A stretch of 64,000 bases of DNA, taken from positions 24,824 to 88,823 of IMG/VR virus record IMGVR_UViG_3300027779_001649. One strand, given 5' to 3'. Positions 1 through 8,902 of the stretch are shown in pieces. Within the stretch, counting starts at the first letter, position 1. The number at the start of each line of letters is the position of its first letter. The stretch is from a virus. The notes below the pieces were generated by a model. That model worked only from the letters and a program-made list of their open reading frames with translations. It searched no databases and was not told the DNA's origin. The position numbers and the translations under genes are program-made.

Positions 1-7
1 CAGACAT
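1..7 (-). CDS. gp22: Start of probable prohead scaffold gp22 (runs off the window edge)
   Basis: ATG at 7 with AGGAG RBS and TATAAATA at 47-54; position directly after gp21 matches T4 order; only 2 codons visible. Confidence 0.45.
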
Positions 8-46
8 AGGGGGATCTCCTTTTTTATTCTAACTTCCTTATTTGTT

Positions 47-54
47 TATTTATA
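47..54 (-). promoter_or_regulatory. T4-type late promoter TATAAATA
   Basis: Exact consensus, intergenic after gp21. Confidence 0.75.
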
Positions 55-56
55 AA

Positions 57-713
57 TTACAACATTTTGAGGAATTTGGCGAACTCCAAAGCTTCGTTAT
101 TCGCCTCTTTATGACGCTTTTTAACGTCAATTCGTTTTTTCATATCCGCAAGTTGAGCTTCTACGATATTTCCATGATCCCAGACCCACTCTTTTCCCTC
201 CATAATACCTTCTACAAAGGCATTAGGAGCAGATGGATCTGCAACTATGTCAGCTGCTGTTGCGAGATAGAAATCATCTCTTACATAATTCGCACCGTTT
301 TTTGATTCTAAACTACCCATTCCTCTTGAAGAAACACCTAGTTTTGCACCCTCGTCCATTAAACTTTTAACTATCTTACCCATAGGTGTGTCCATTATCT
401 TAGCTTCACCAACAAAATTCTTACCATTAGGGGTTAAACTTGTAATCATGTGGGAAACTCTCTCCAGATTGACCGTTGGGCCGTCTGGATGTCCAAGTTC
501 ACCAAATGCACGTTTCTCTTTAATAAAATTCTTATTATACTTATCAACCTCAGTTTCAAGTATTTCCATAGGATATACACGACCATTACGGTTCTTAATG
601 TCCGCTTGCATGAAAATACCTTTAATCTTATAACTTTTCTTTCCGTTTTCCTTTTCTTCTACTAAATATTCGCAGCTTTCTACGGATTCGGATATTAATT
701 TTAGTGTTTGCAT
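57..713 (-). CDS. gp21: Prohead core protease
   Basis: Motifs IKGIFMQADIKNRNGRVYP, GELGHP, LGVSSRGMGSL, ADIVADPSAPNAFV. Confidence 0.97.
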   Translation of the reverse strand: MQTLKLISESVESCEYLVEEKENGKKSYKIKGIFMQADIKNRNGRVYPMEILETEVDKYNKNFIKEKRAFGELGHPDGPTVNLERVSHMITSLTPNGKNFVGEAKIMDTPMGKIVKSLMDEGAKLGVSSRGMGSLESKNGANYVRDDFYLATAADIVADPSAPNAFVEGIMEGKEWVWDHGNIVEAQLADMKKRIDVKKRHKEANNEALEFAKFLKML

Positions 714-717
714 GACT

Positions 718-1380
718 TTAATCCCATATTTCGTACTTAATTGGTTGTTTCCTCTTAGAGTTAAAGATGAAATCCCTTAAATGGTGTTTTTTACGATTAA
801 CACCCTCTTGGTTGTACCCTATACCCATTAACAATAACGGTTTTTCCTCTAAGTTTGCAATTTGTTTAATTGCTTGTGCATCAAAACATTGACAACACCC
901 TGTTCGGTATCCCAATAAAGAGGCAGTTAAGTTTAAATAACCAGTTGCAATACCTACTGCGACCTGTCTATCTCTCTCTAACTCTTTTAATTTCTTTTCA
1001 TCCCACTTACCTGTCTTAATATAACTTAGTGTAGCGGCATTTCTGTGCAAATCATCTGTTAAATCATTAGTAAAATCATAATTTTCAAAAATTACCAAGA
1101 GGTTTGCGAGTGTTTGAGGATTTGTTTCGTATCCTACAGGGTCACCTTTCTTTCTCTTAGTACTAAATCCTTCTGTGTGAGTATGAATTTCTTCAATAAC
1201 ATCACGGTCTTGTATAAAATGTACCTTATAAAACGCAATATTTTGTTTACTAGGACAGTTTGTTACCGAATGTAGTAGAGTTTTTACATCATCCTTCGGT
1301 ATTTCTTTAGTCAAATCCCAATTTCGTTGGGTATGTTGACTTTTAATTACTGCCTTTTCTATTTCAGTGTGCGTATACAT
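718..1380 (-). CDS. Nitroreductase-family flavoprotein
   Basis: HTQRNWD, CPSKQN, VGIATGYLNLTASLLGYRTGCCQCF and LLMGIGY fit the nitroreductase fold. Confidence 0.75.
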   Translation of the reverse strand: MYTHTEIEKAVIKSQHTQRNWDLTKEIPKDDVKTLLHSVTNCPSKQNIAFYKVHFIQDRDVIEEIHTHTEGFSTKRKKGDPVGYETNPQTLANLLVIFENYDFTNDLTDDLHRNAATLSYIKTGKWDEKKLKELERDRQVAVGIATGYLNLTASLLGYRTGCCQCFDAQAIKQIANLEEKPLLLMGIGYNQEGVNRKKHHLRDFIFNSKRKQPIKYEIWD

Positions 1381-1382
1381 TA

Positions 1383-1390
1383 TATTTAGT
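1383..1390 (-). promoter_or_regulatory. Late promoter variant ACTAAATA
   Basis: Same variant occurs upstream of gp20 and at 63076; only 2 nt from the annotated ATG. Confidence 0.45.
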
Positions 1391-2458
1391 CTATCCTATA
1401 CTTCTAATATCTTCTACTACATGGCGCATATCACCATCTATTGTTGCTTCATACTGTATTGGAGCAGACTGTTTTAATCTCTTTGTATCTTCTTCTGAGA
1501 TATCTACAATAGTACATCCATTAGCTACCGCATCGTCTTCATATTTCTTACAATCTTCCAGTGACCATTTTCGTTCTATCTTTGCAACCTTCTTAGCTGC
1601 AATAGTAAATGCTTCTTGTTGTTCAGAAGTCAAACTGTCAAATAGTGGTTGTCCTATCAAGATGGTAGTAAGAAACATACTATGATTAGATTTAAGTATA
1701 TTCTTACCAGAGAATCTAAGATACGTTGTTTCTACTGCACCTCCATTAGAAGCTGATTCTTTAATTTCCTGAATTTTTTGATTCATTCGTGGTTTTGCTA
1801 CAGCTCCAACATCACTAAATAATCTATCGGTATTAGGAGTTGTAACTAAATCTAATCCTTTAAGGTCATCCAAAGATGTTATTGGATGGTCAGACCCGAT
1901 AATACGGTATCCACCACTATAGGTAAATCCTAATCCCCTAACTCCACTGGTATCCCGACCATCTTTCTTATGGGTTGTAGAAGCCCATTCTCCCAGATGT
2001 AAGGTATCCAATAATTTCTGTCCTATAGAACCATCTAATGATTTTGTTACATGGTCATGGTCTTTAAATAAGAAGGGCAAATCTAAAAGAGAAAATCGTC
2101 TGTCAAGATGTCTACCAATAACAGTAACTTGAGTTTGACTCATATGAAATTTTTGTTCTCTAAGTCCTTGCCAAAATGCCGACCATTTCTTTCTGACATC
2201 CTTCCATTCAGAAGGAATAAACAACTTCTTTCTACCTTGGGGCATTTCCCAAGTTTCAAGAGATGTCTCTGCTGGTTTTAATCCTAATTCGGGAATATCA
2301 CCATATTTCTGGATATACTGTCCCATCATTAAAACCTCAACCTCAAACTGCCCAGGAAGTAACTTATCTAATTCCTTGGCAAATGCTTTTGCAGTTCGTA
2401 CAAAGAGGTATGCCGGTTGGTGGGCAATTAACCATCTTAAAACAACAGGATTACTCAT
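1391..2458 (-). CDS. DctP-like TRAP substrate-binding protein, no signal peptide
   Basis: LLDLPFLFKDHDHV, LGFTYSGGYRII, ITSLDDLKGL, NHSMFLT and FDSLTSEQQEAF match DctP; no hydrophobic N-terminus. Confidence 0.8.
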   Translation of the reverse strand: MSNPVVLRWLIAHQPAYLFVRTAKAFAKELDKLLPGQFEVEVLMMGQYIQKYGDIPELGLKPAETSLETWEMPQGRKKLFIPSEWKDVRKKWSAFWQGLREQKFHMSQTQVTVIGRHLDRRFSLLDLPFLFKDHDHVTKSLDGSIGQKLLDTLHLGEWASTTHKKDGRDTSGVRGLGFTYSGGYRIIGSDHPITSLDDLKGLDLVTTPNTDRLFSDVGAVAKPRMNQKIQEIKESASNGGAVETTYLRFSGKNILKSNHSMFLTTILIGQPLFDSLTSEQQEAFTIAAKKVAKIERKWSLEDCKKYEDDAVANGCTIVDISEEDTKRLKQSAPIQYEATIDGDMRHVVEDIRSIG

Positions 2459-2467
2459 TCTAACATC

Positions 2468-2848
2468 CTAAGTTATATTATCCCATCCAGATACTTTTTT
2501 CATACGTAACCAGACTGTTCCTACAGATGCAGAACCATTTGTCAGTTGTACATCTCCTGTGACACCACTTCCTCCATTATTGGGAATAGACGGCATACCA
2601 TCTCCGAAACCTACTTTACCACTTCCATTTAAGGACAGTGCAGCAACATTTGTTGTTGCGTCCCATTCTATATCTGTTGTTGATGAAACTGACCATGCAA
2701 TACCAGTAATAGTAGTACGTGGATCGGTTGCGGCACCAGCTGCATCCGAAGCATCAAAAACACTAGCAGAACTGTTAGTTCCACTAGTAGTAATTTTTAA
2801 AAAGTATTCAAAATCGCTATCCACGATCTCTTGTAATACTACGGCCAT
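2468..2848 (-). CDS. Small head-module virion protein (beta-rich)
   Basis: Between gp20 and gp21; RBS AGGAG; G/S/T-rich. Confidence 0.65.
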   Translation of the reverse strand: MAVVLQEIVDSDFEYFLKITTSGTNSSASVFDASDAAGAATDPRTTITGIAWSVSSTTDIEWDATTNVAALSLNGSGKVGFGDGMPSIPNNGGSGVTGDVQLTNGSASVGTVWLRMKKVSGWDNIT

Positions 2849-2858
2849 TGTTTAACTC

Positions 2859-3107
2859 CTATATTGATAACATCTCTTTCTCAAAATAACCCAGAAGTTT
2901 CTTCTCAGGAACCTTGTGTTTTTTAGATACTTCTTTTATTGTTTTTTCAAAACTATTTAGGAAATCTGTAGGTTTAGATTCCATCTTTTTAAAGATATCA
3001 TCAACGGCGTTCCGCATCTTAGGAGATAATCGCTTATACTCCTTAGATTTACGATGTTCGTCCTTCTCTACAACTGAATTTTCATATAATTCTAAAAAAT
3101 CAATCAT
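2859..3107 (-). CDS. Small basic helical protein of the head module (prohead core-associated, gp67/68 region)
   Basis: Overlap-coupled to neighbours; synteny. Confidence 0.6.
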   Translation of the reverse strand: MIDFLELYENSVVEKDEHRKSKEYKRLSPKMRNAVDDIFKKMESKPTDFLNSFEKTIKEVSKKHKVPEKKLLGYFEKEMLSI

Positions 3108-3292
3108 TCCTGTTCTTTCTCTGTATCAGGAGCATCCCTCATATCCTGTGCTTGTTGAACAAAGGTTTTTGCGACATCTCCTCTTTTAAGTTCTAAAGTA
3201 GCACCTACTTTTGTTACTATAGCTGTTGTAAATGCATCTTTAGCACCTATATTATCTCCATCAGAAACTTTATCTACAAATTCTCTACTCAT
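3104..3292 (-). CDS. Probable gp67-like prohead core protein (start MSREFVD at 3292)
   Basis: Upstream part of the track ORF overlaps the portal; short helical ORF directly after gp20 as in T4-like phages. Confidence 0.6.
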   Translation of the reverse strand: MSREFVDKVSDGDNIGAKDAFTTAIVTKVGATLELKRGDVAKTFVQQAQDMRDAPDTEKEQE

Positions 3293-4949
3293 TGTCATCT
3301 TCCTTTTCATCATTATTCTTTTTCTTTGCGAATGGATTTCCTCCACCATTTGCTGGAGCAGCTGGTTCGGGTTCTTCATAATCCGGCATATCAGGTGGTT
3401 TGATAACTTTTCCATCACCATCCTGTGGATAACGAGTAACACCATCACCACCGTCTGGCATGTCAATTCCACCATCTTCAACATCCATATCAGCTTCTTT
3501 CTTGATTTGGTCTTGCATCTTAGAAACATCACCATCATTCATACGTAATACTTTCTCCCAAACAAATTGTTTACTGAAGAATGTACCCATATATGATTGT
3601 ATAACGTCCATAGTTTCCAATCTTTCCTTTAGAAGTTCTGCTTCTTTTAACTCTGTAAAGTGACCATCCATTAAGAAATCATACTGTAGATGTTCTTTAA
3701 TACTAGTCCAATCCTCGTTTGCAATGATACCCTTCAACAATAACTGGGTCATAAGAATATCAGTGAATAGAGGTACGAATTTCTTACGTATTCTCTGCAC
3801 AAACTTAGTGAATTTTAGTTCATCTCTGGTAATTTCAGTAGATCGTCCAAGGTTAAATCCCGATTCAGATTCTAATCTGGATATAGGTACATTCAAGGAA
3901 CGGTATAGTTTCCTTTGAAAATACATAATATCATCTATTTCACCTAAATTCTGTCCACCAGGCAGAGTAGTTATCTCAGTTCCTCTACCACCTTCTCTTC
4001 GTGGTAACCAGAAATCTTCAAGCATTGACATATGATTTCTGTCATCTCGTATTTCACCAGTTGTTGCATCATACACCAACTTATTACGATATCGGTTCAT
4101 AACATCTTTTAGATACTGTTCTGCTTTAGCTTTTGGTAGATTACCAACGTCAATGTAGAAGATACGTCTTTCTGGAGCTCGGGAGATACGATAGATAACT
4201 AACGCATCTTCAATCATACGTAACTGATTGACAGATTTTATAGCTTTATGTAAATATGAACGAACTGCGCCATTATTCCCATCAATCACACCAGATGGAA
4301 CATAGGTAATAGAATCCTTTGCAATTTTAATACCCTCTGAGGTAGGTGAACCAGATTGTATTGAAAGTCCCTTTTCATTGTAGATATAGTATTCAGTAAT
4401 CTTTCGTACCATATCAACACCAGTTTTAGCATCAACTTTCTTATCTAACTCTCTAACTTTTCTAATTTTCATAGAATCTATCCAACGTAATTCGGTAATA
4501 CCCTTACGTGGATCATTAATGTCTATAACTTTGTGATAGTAGACCCTACCATCTACATACCATCTACGGAACACATCATGGCCTCTAGTATCAAAATCTA
4601 AAAGTCTTAATACCTCACCAAATTCGTGTCTAATTTTTCTCTTAATTTTCTCAGGATACGGTAATCCATCTAAAACTATGGATACAGCTTGATCGTTTTC
4701 ATTTGCAACGATAGATTCATTTACTATATCTTCAATTGCAGCATCACACTCAGGTTGTCCTGCAATATCCCTGTACCGTTTAATAAGGTCAATATCAGAC
4801 CGCTCACGCCCATCAGTGTCTAGGACTTGACCCCAGAAACCACCTCCGGCAACATCAATAGTGCCATCTTGAGGATCAGGAGCAGTAAACGTCTGCTCCT
4901 TCTCCTGTTCTTTTACCTTAGATAAACGGAACCCAAAAAGTTCTGCCAT
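3285..4949 (-). CDS. gp20: Portal vertex protein
   Basis: MAELFGF, WYVDGR, YRISRAPERRIFYIDVGNLPK, EDFWLPRREGGRGTEITTLPGGQNLG. Confidence 0.98.
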   Translation of the reverse strand: MAELFGFRLSKVKEQEKEQTFTAPDPQDGTIDVAGGGFWGQVLDTDGRERSDIDLIKRYRDIAGQPECDAAIEDIVNESIVANENDQAVSIVLDGLPYPEKIKRKIRHEFGEVLRLLDFDTRGHDVFRRWYVDGRVYYHKVIDINDPRKGITELRWIDSMKIRKVRELDKKVDAKTGVDMVRKITEYYIYNEKGLSIQSGSPTSEGIKIAKDSITYVPSGVIDGNNGAVRSYLHKAIKSVNQLRMIEDALVIYRISRAPERRIFYIDVGNLPKAKAEQYLKDVMNRYRNKLVYDATTGEIRDDRNHMSMLEDFWLPRREGGRGTEITTLPGGQNLGEIDDIMYFQRKLYRSLNVPISRLESESGFNLGRSTEITRDELKFTKFVQRIRKKFVPLFTDILMTQLLLKGIIANEDWTSIKEHLQYDFLMDGHFTELKEAELLKERLETMDVIQSYMGTFFSKQFVWEKVLRMNDGDVSKMQDQIKKEADMDVEDGGIDMPDGGDGVTRYPQDGDGKVIKPPDMPDYEEPEPAAPANGGGNPFAKKKNNDEKEDDNE

Positions 4950-4975
4950 TATATATTACTCCTACTGTCTATATC

Positions 4976-4983
4976 TATTTAGT
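4976..4983 (-). promoter_or_regulatory. Late promoter variant ACTAAATA upstream of gp20
   Basis: Intergenic, upstream of AGGAG RBS. Confidence 0.65.
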
Positions 4984-4987
4984 AGGT

Positions 4988-5521
4988 CTAGAAGTTCACA
5001 CCAGAAGCTTCAAAGTGTTGATATCTCCAACTTACATCAAATGTTTCTATCGTATCCGCTGTAGCGTTACTCAATTCAATAACAGTAATTGCCGTTGGCC
5101 AGGCACTCTTGAAAATATAACTTTTCAAAACAGTGTCATCCCTGTCCAATTGTTCTACTGTTAGATCTGATTGATAATCAGCAGGAGATATTACACCAGT
5201 ATTGTTAGCAAGATCATTAATACCGTTAGACCACCGTTCCATAGCGTTACGGATCATAAAGTCCGTATCGTTGTAGAAAGTAGTAGTCCAAGTTTCATCA
5301 AATGTCCTGTCTCCAGCAATATAGATATTCCGTCCACGAAACGGAATAGGAATCTCTGCTAAAGATTGTGCAGGAAGATTAGATGTCGTACATAGAAAAG
5401 AAGTTCTACGGACATCTAGTCCTATTGCAATACCAGGCGGTGGTGTAACTGTTACTCTAAACTGATTAGCACGAGCACCACCACCAATTAGATTTGCTTT
5501 AAAGTCATCTATATTAGCCAT
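4988..5521 (-). CDS. gp19: Tail tube protein
   Basis: GGARANQFRV, PFRGRNIYIAGDRTF, WTTTFYND, VEQLDR. Confidence 0.96.
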   Translation of the reverse strand: MANIDDFKANLIGGGARANQFRVTVTPPPGIAIGLDVRRTSFLCTTSNLPAQSLAEIPIPFRGRNIYIAGDRTFDETWTTTFYNDTDFMIRNAMERWSNGINDLANNTGVISPADYQSDLTVEQLDRDDTVLKSYIFKSAWPTAITVIELSNATADTIETFDVSWRYQHFEASGVNF

Positions 5522-5523
5522 GG

Positions 5524-7539
5524 TTATCCTCCTACTTCACTAAATGCAACACCAGTTCGTGTGGCGATGAAATTTAGTGTGATAAAGTTAATTGCACGAG
5601 CTGGTTTGATGTAAATATCACCAATAAACTCGTTGCGGTCAATAACTTCACCTGTGTTGTTTGTTGCATCAGCGACTACCTTAAAATCATAGATACCTCT
5701 GCGACCTTGAACGTCCCTCAAGAAAGGTTCTACCATGTTTCTAAACTGAGCTCTGGTGAATTCATCGTTGAATTCAAAGAGTTGATATTTAGAAGCAGTT
5801 GAGATTGCTTTCTCTAGTACCAAGAACAATCTACGCACGTTAATGCGATCAAATGCACTAGGTTTGGCTAGAGCAGTTTTATCTCCAAAGAGAACCACAC
5901 CTTGGCCTGGGAAGTTAGTTACTGGATTAATCCTTGAACGATAAAGTTGGTCTCTTTCACTGTTCTTAGGATTATATGCAAGTTTAATTGCACCTCTTAT
6001 ATTTCCACGATTAAATCCAGCTGGGGAATACCAAGGATCGGCAACCTTATCTGCATTTGCACAAAGACCGGCGATATCACCGTTCAAAGGAACATAACGA
6101 TAAACATCTGCATATTTGTCGTACATGTATTTGTATCCACTGTCATATACGATATATGAAGAGGATGGCAAAGTATCAAAACCGTTGATAACATTTGCGG
6201 TCTGTGAGATGGAACTAGAAACATTAACTACTGCGGCACGATATGGTGAAATAAATCCTACACAATCTTTGCGGTCTTCGCAAAGGTCAGTAACCATTGT
6301 TCCATGTGTGTCCATACCAGCTTGAGTATCAGCTACACCACCAGAGGGTCCAGATAATACCAAGTTAATATCTAAGGTTTCAGTATCTTTAAATAAATCA
6401 TAACCAGCACGAAGTTCACCATTAGTAACAGAATAATCATCCGTACCACCAGTAAGAGTACCAGCGTCTACTAGTGTTACAGCAGTATAGTCAGCAGTAA
6501 CATCAGTTCCCCAATTGGAACCAGCAGAAATATGATCTGTCCAGTAAATCCACTGAGATTGTCTAAAAATTATATCTGGGTAGTAATTAGAACCACCCTG
6601 AGCAGTTTTAGAAATTGGGTTTTTTGACGTATTATCATATGTTTCAATTACTGAACTAGTTCTCTGTCCAGCAACATCATTCTGATAACCAGTGATATCA
6701 CCTGTAGCGTCATAAACTGCAACATGCAGTTCATCGTTACTTCCACGACCATTATTAGTTGCCCACTGGGAAGTCCCAGGCGCACCGGCGAAGAGATCAT
6801 AAAATCTCCAACGTCTGCGTATAAACGAATTATCGGGAATTGCAACTTTCAAACCTTGACCATTTGGATCGTCTTTAAGACGAATGGTTAAGGCATCGGT
6901 AGCAATCGCAGTAACTTCATATTCATTACCTTCATCACCAGAGATATGTGCAAAAGCAGTGATATCAGAAGATGAATCGGCACTTGAGAATGAAATTAAA
7001 TCACCAACATTAAACGCATAACCAACAGAATCAGCATCGTCCACAGTGACCGTAGTGTCACCAAGGGTTGCAGCTGCATCATCAACGAGGTTACTTGTTC
7101 CCATGTGCTGTTCATATGAAGTAGCACTAGGACATAAGGAAACTCCAATAGAGTTACCCCAAGTACCAGCACTACGTGCAGCCCATTCACCATGAGAACC
7201 TTGTCCCCCAGAAAATGAACCATTATAGTGGTCATCATCACGAATGAGAATACCACTATTTGCACCAGCATTTAATATTGCACACTCGGTACGAACAACT
7301 TTCAATTGATCGGAGTATGTTAAAAAGTTTGCAGCAGTAAACCACCACTCAAAGTTTGAACCTTGAGGTTTACCAAATATCTGCACTAAGTCCTGTTCAC
7401 TACCGATTGTCGTAACTGACGAAACTGGACCTCTTTCAAATGGTCCTGCTATTGCACCAACGGTGGTGGCAACAGCCGGGACTATGTTTGTGAGGTCAAT
7501 TTCACGGACATGAACGCCAGGAGAAGATAGAAATGACAT
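5524..7539 (-). CDS. gp18: Tail sheath protein
   Basis: SPGVHVREID, WYSPAGFNRG, AFDRINVRRLF, FEFNDEFTR, IKPARAINFI. Confidence 0.98.
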   Translation of the reverse strand: MSFLSSPGVHVREIDLTNIVPAVATTVGAIAGPFERGPVSSVTTIGSEQDLVQIFGKPQGSNFEWWFTAANFLTYSDQLKVVRTECAILNAGANSGILIRDDDHYNGSFSGGQGSHGEWAARSAGTWGNSIGVSLCPSATSYEQHMGTSNLVDDAAATLGDTTVTVDDADSVGYAFNVGDLISFSSADSSSDITAFAHISGDEGNEYEVTAIATDALTIRLKDDPNGQGLKVAIPDNSFIRRRWRFYDLFAGAPGTSQWATNNGRGSNDELHVAVYDATGDITGYQNDVAGQRTSSVIETYDNTSKNPISKTAQGGSNYYPDIIFRQSQWIYWTDHISAGSNWGTDVTADYTAVTLVDAGTLTGGTDDYSVTNGELRAGYDLFKDTETLDINLVLSGPSGGVADTQAGMDTHGTMVTDLCEDRKDCVGFISPYRAAVVNVSSSISQTANVINGFDTLPSSSYIVYDSGYKYMYDKYADVYRYVPLNGDIAGLCANADKVADPWYSPAGFNRGNIRGAIKLAYNPKNSERDQLYRSRINPVTNFPGQGVVLFGDKTALAKPSAFDRINVRRLFLVLEKAISTASKYQLFEFNDEFTRAQFRNMVEPFLRDVQGRRGIYDFKVVADATNNTGEVIDRNEFIGDIYIKPARAINFITLNFIATRTGVAFSEVGG

Positions 7540-7583
7540 GTTATTACTCCTTTAAATTGCGAGTCTTTTGTATTGTTCATTGA

Positions 7584-7591
7584 TATTTATA
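7584..7591 (-). promoter_or_regulatory. Late promoter TATAAATA upstream of gp18
   Basis: Exact consensus, intergenic. Confidence 0.8.
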
Positions 7592-7633
7592 AAAATAAAG
7601 TTCTTAAAACCCACTTTTATAAGTGTTAAAACA

Positions 7634-7641
7634 TATAAATA
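7634..7641 (+). promoter_or_regulatory. Late promoter TATAAATA heading the HNH-like/TAXI operon
   Basis: Exact consensus 5 nt before ATG 7647; divergent from the gp18 promoter. Confidence 0.7.
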
Positions 7642-7646
7642 AACGT

Positions 7647-7949
7647 ATGGTAAATGCTCATTATGAAAAATATAAAGACACTATTAAGAAGTGTGCGAGA
7701 AGAAACTACCGCAAAAGGATAGTATTACTTAATGAGTTCTTAGCCGATAAACACTGTAAACATTGTGGAGAAATGGAGACTGTGTGTCTCAAATTTTACC
7801 CACATGACTCAGAAATCCGAAAAATTACAAAGAGAGTTGGAATTAGTGATGAAAGTCGTACTGAAATCACTAAATTAATGAGCGATTCCATCATTCTTTG
7901 TTCAAATTGTTGGATTAAATTAGATAATGATCTAATTGAATTTATATAG
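7647..7949 (+). CDS. HNH-like Zn-ribbon protein, apparently catalytically degenerate
   Basis: CKHCG ... LKFYPH ... LCSNCW; Cys pairs kept, expected His residues replaced. Confidence 0.65.
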   Translation: MVNAHYEKYKDTIKKCARRNYRKRIVLLNEFLADKHCKHCGEMETVCLKFYPHDSEIRKITKRVGISDESRTEITKLMSDSIILCSNCWIKLDNDLIEFI

Positions 7950-7966
7950 AAAGAGAGAGGAAAGAC

Positions 7967-8902
7967 ATGAATATATTAAAAGGGCTTATCTTCGTCCTAG
8001 CACTAATGATTCCCAATACATTGTATGCCTTAGAACTTGGTACTACAAAAGGTACTGCAAATTACCAAACGGGTATCGCATTGTCAAAAGTAATCACACA
8101 ACATGGAGTAAAAATACACCCTGTACCACATAGAGGAACTAATATCTACACAGAACGAGTAAATGTTGGTAAATTAGATTTTGCTATTGCGGGTGCATAT
8201 CATCTATATTGGGCAAGGACAGGGACAGGCCCAGTTAAATATCCCCATAAAAATCTTCGTTTTGTAGCTAATCTACAAAACTTTAGAACCACATATGCAG
8301 TTAGAAATAATTCTAACATTAAGACTTATGAAGATTTAGAGGGTAAAAGAGTACCTTCGGGATTTGCAGGAGCACCATCCTTTCATTGGATGATGGAAGC
8401 AAATCTAGCAAACGGTGGGTTAACTTGGGACGATGTAACTCCTGTGCCTGTTACTTCATTACCAAAATGTTGGGCTGGTCTTCAAATTGGTACTATTGAT
8501 GTTTGCACCTTTGCAATAGGTTCTGGTTCTGCGAAGAAATTTAATATCCTAACTCCAGGCGGTCTGAGAGGTTTAAGTTCAAATATCGGTCAAAAAGAAC
8601 AGGATATGTTCAGAAATTGGAAGGGAGTAAGTATTGTTACTCAAAATCCTTCTGATAACTTATCTCTAATAAGGGGTAAAACTAGAGTCACGCAGTTTTC
8701 ATATCAGCTTTTCACAAATAAAGATGTGCCTGTTGATGTTGTAAAGGATGTTGTTCTTGCACTATACGAGGGAGGAGAAGACTTTCAAAAGTCCTCTGGT
8801 TTCACTAAGTCCTTTAAAAAGGAAAACATGAACAAGAATGTTACAATTCCTATGCACTCAGGTGCAAAGAAGGCTTATAATGAACTTGGACTTTCTGAAT
8901 AA
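7967..8902 (+). CDS. TAXI-family TRAP substrate-binding protein
   Basis: Signal peptide; LGTTKGTANYQTG, GTNIY, DFAI, IKTYEDLEGKRV, IPMHSGAKKAYNELG (TAXI PxHxGA motif). Confidence 0.88.
   Translation: MNILKGLIFVLALMIPNTLYALELGTTKGTANYQTGIALSKVITQHGVKIHPVPHRGTNIYTERVNVGKLDFAIAGAYHLYWARTGTGPVKYPHKNLRFVANLQNFRTTYAVRNNSNIKTYEDLEGKRVPSGFAGAPSFHWMMEANLANGGLTWDDVTPVPVTSLPKCWAGLQIGTIDVCTFAIGSGSAKKFNILTPGGLRGLSSNIGQKEQDMFRNWKGVSIVTQNPSDNLSLIRGKTRVTQFSYQLFTNKDVPVDVVKDVVLALYEGGEDFQKSSGFTKSFKKENMNKNVTIPMHSGAKKAYNELGLSE

Noticed and set aside
3293-3538. N-terminal 82 codons of track ORF 3104..3538
   Set aside because: Overlaps the portal C-terminus in another frame; a better start exists at 3292
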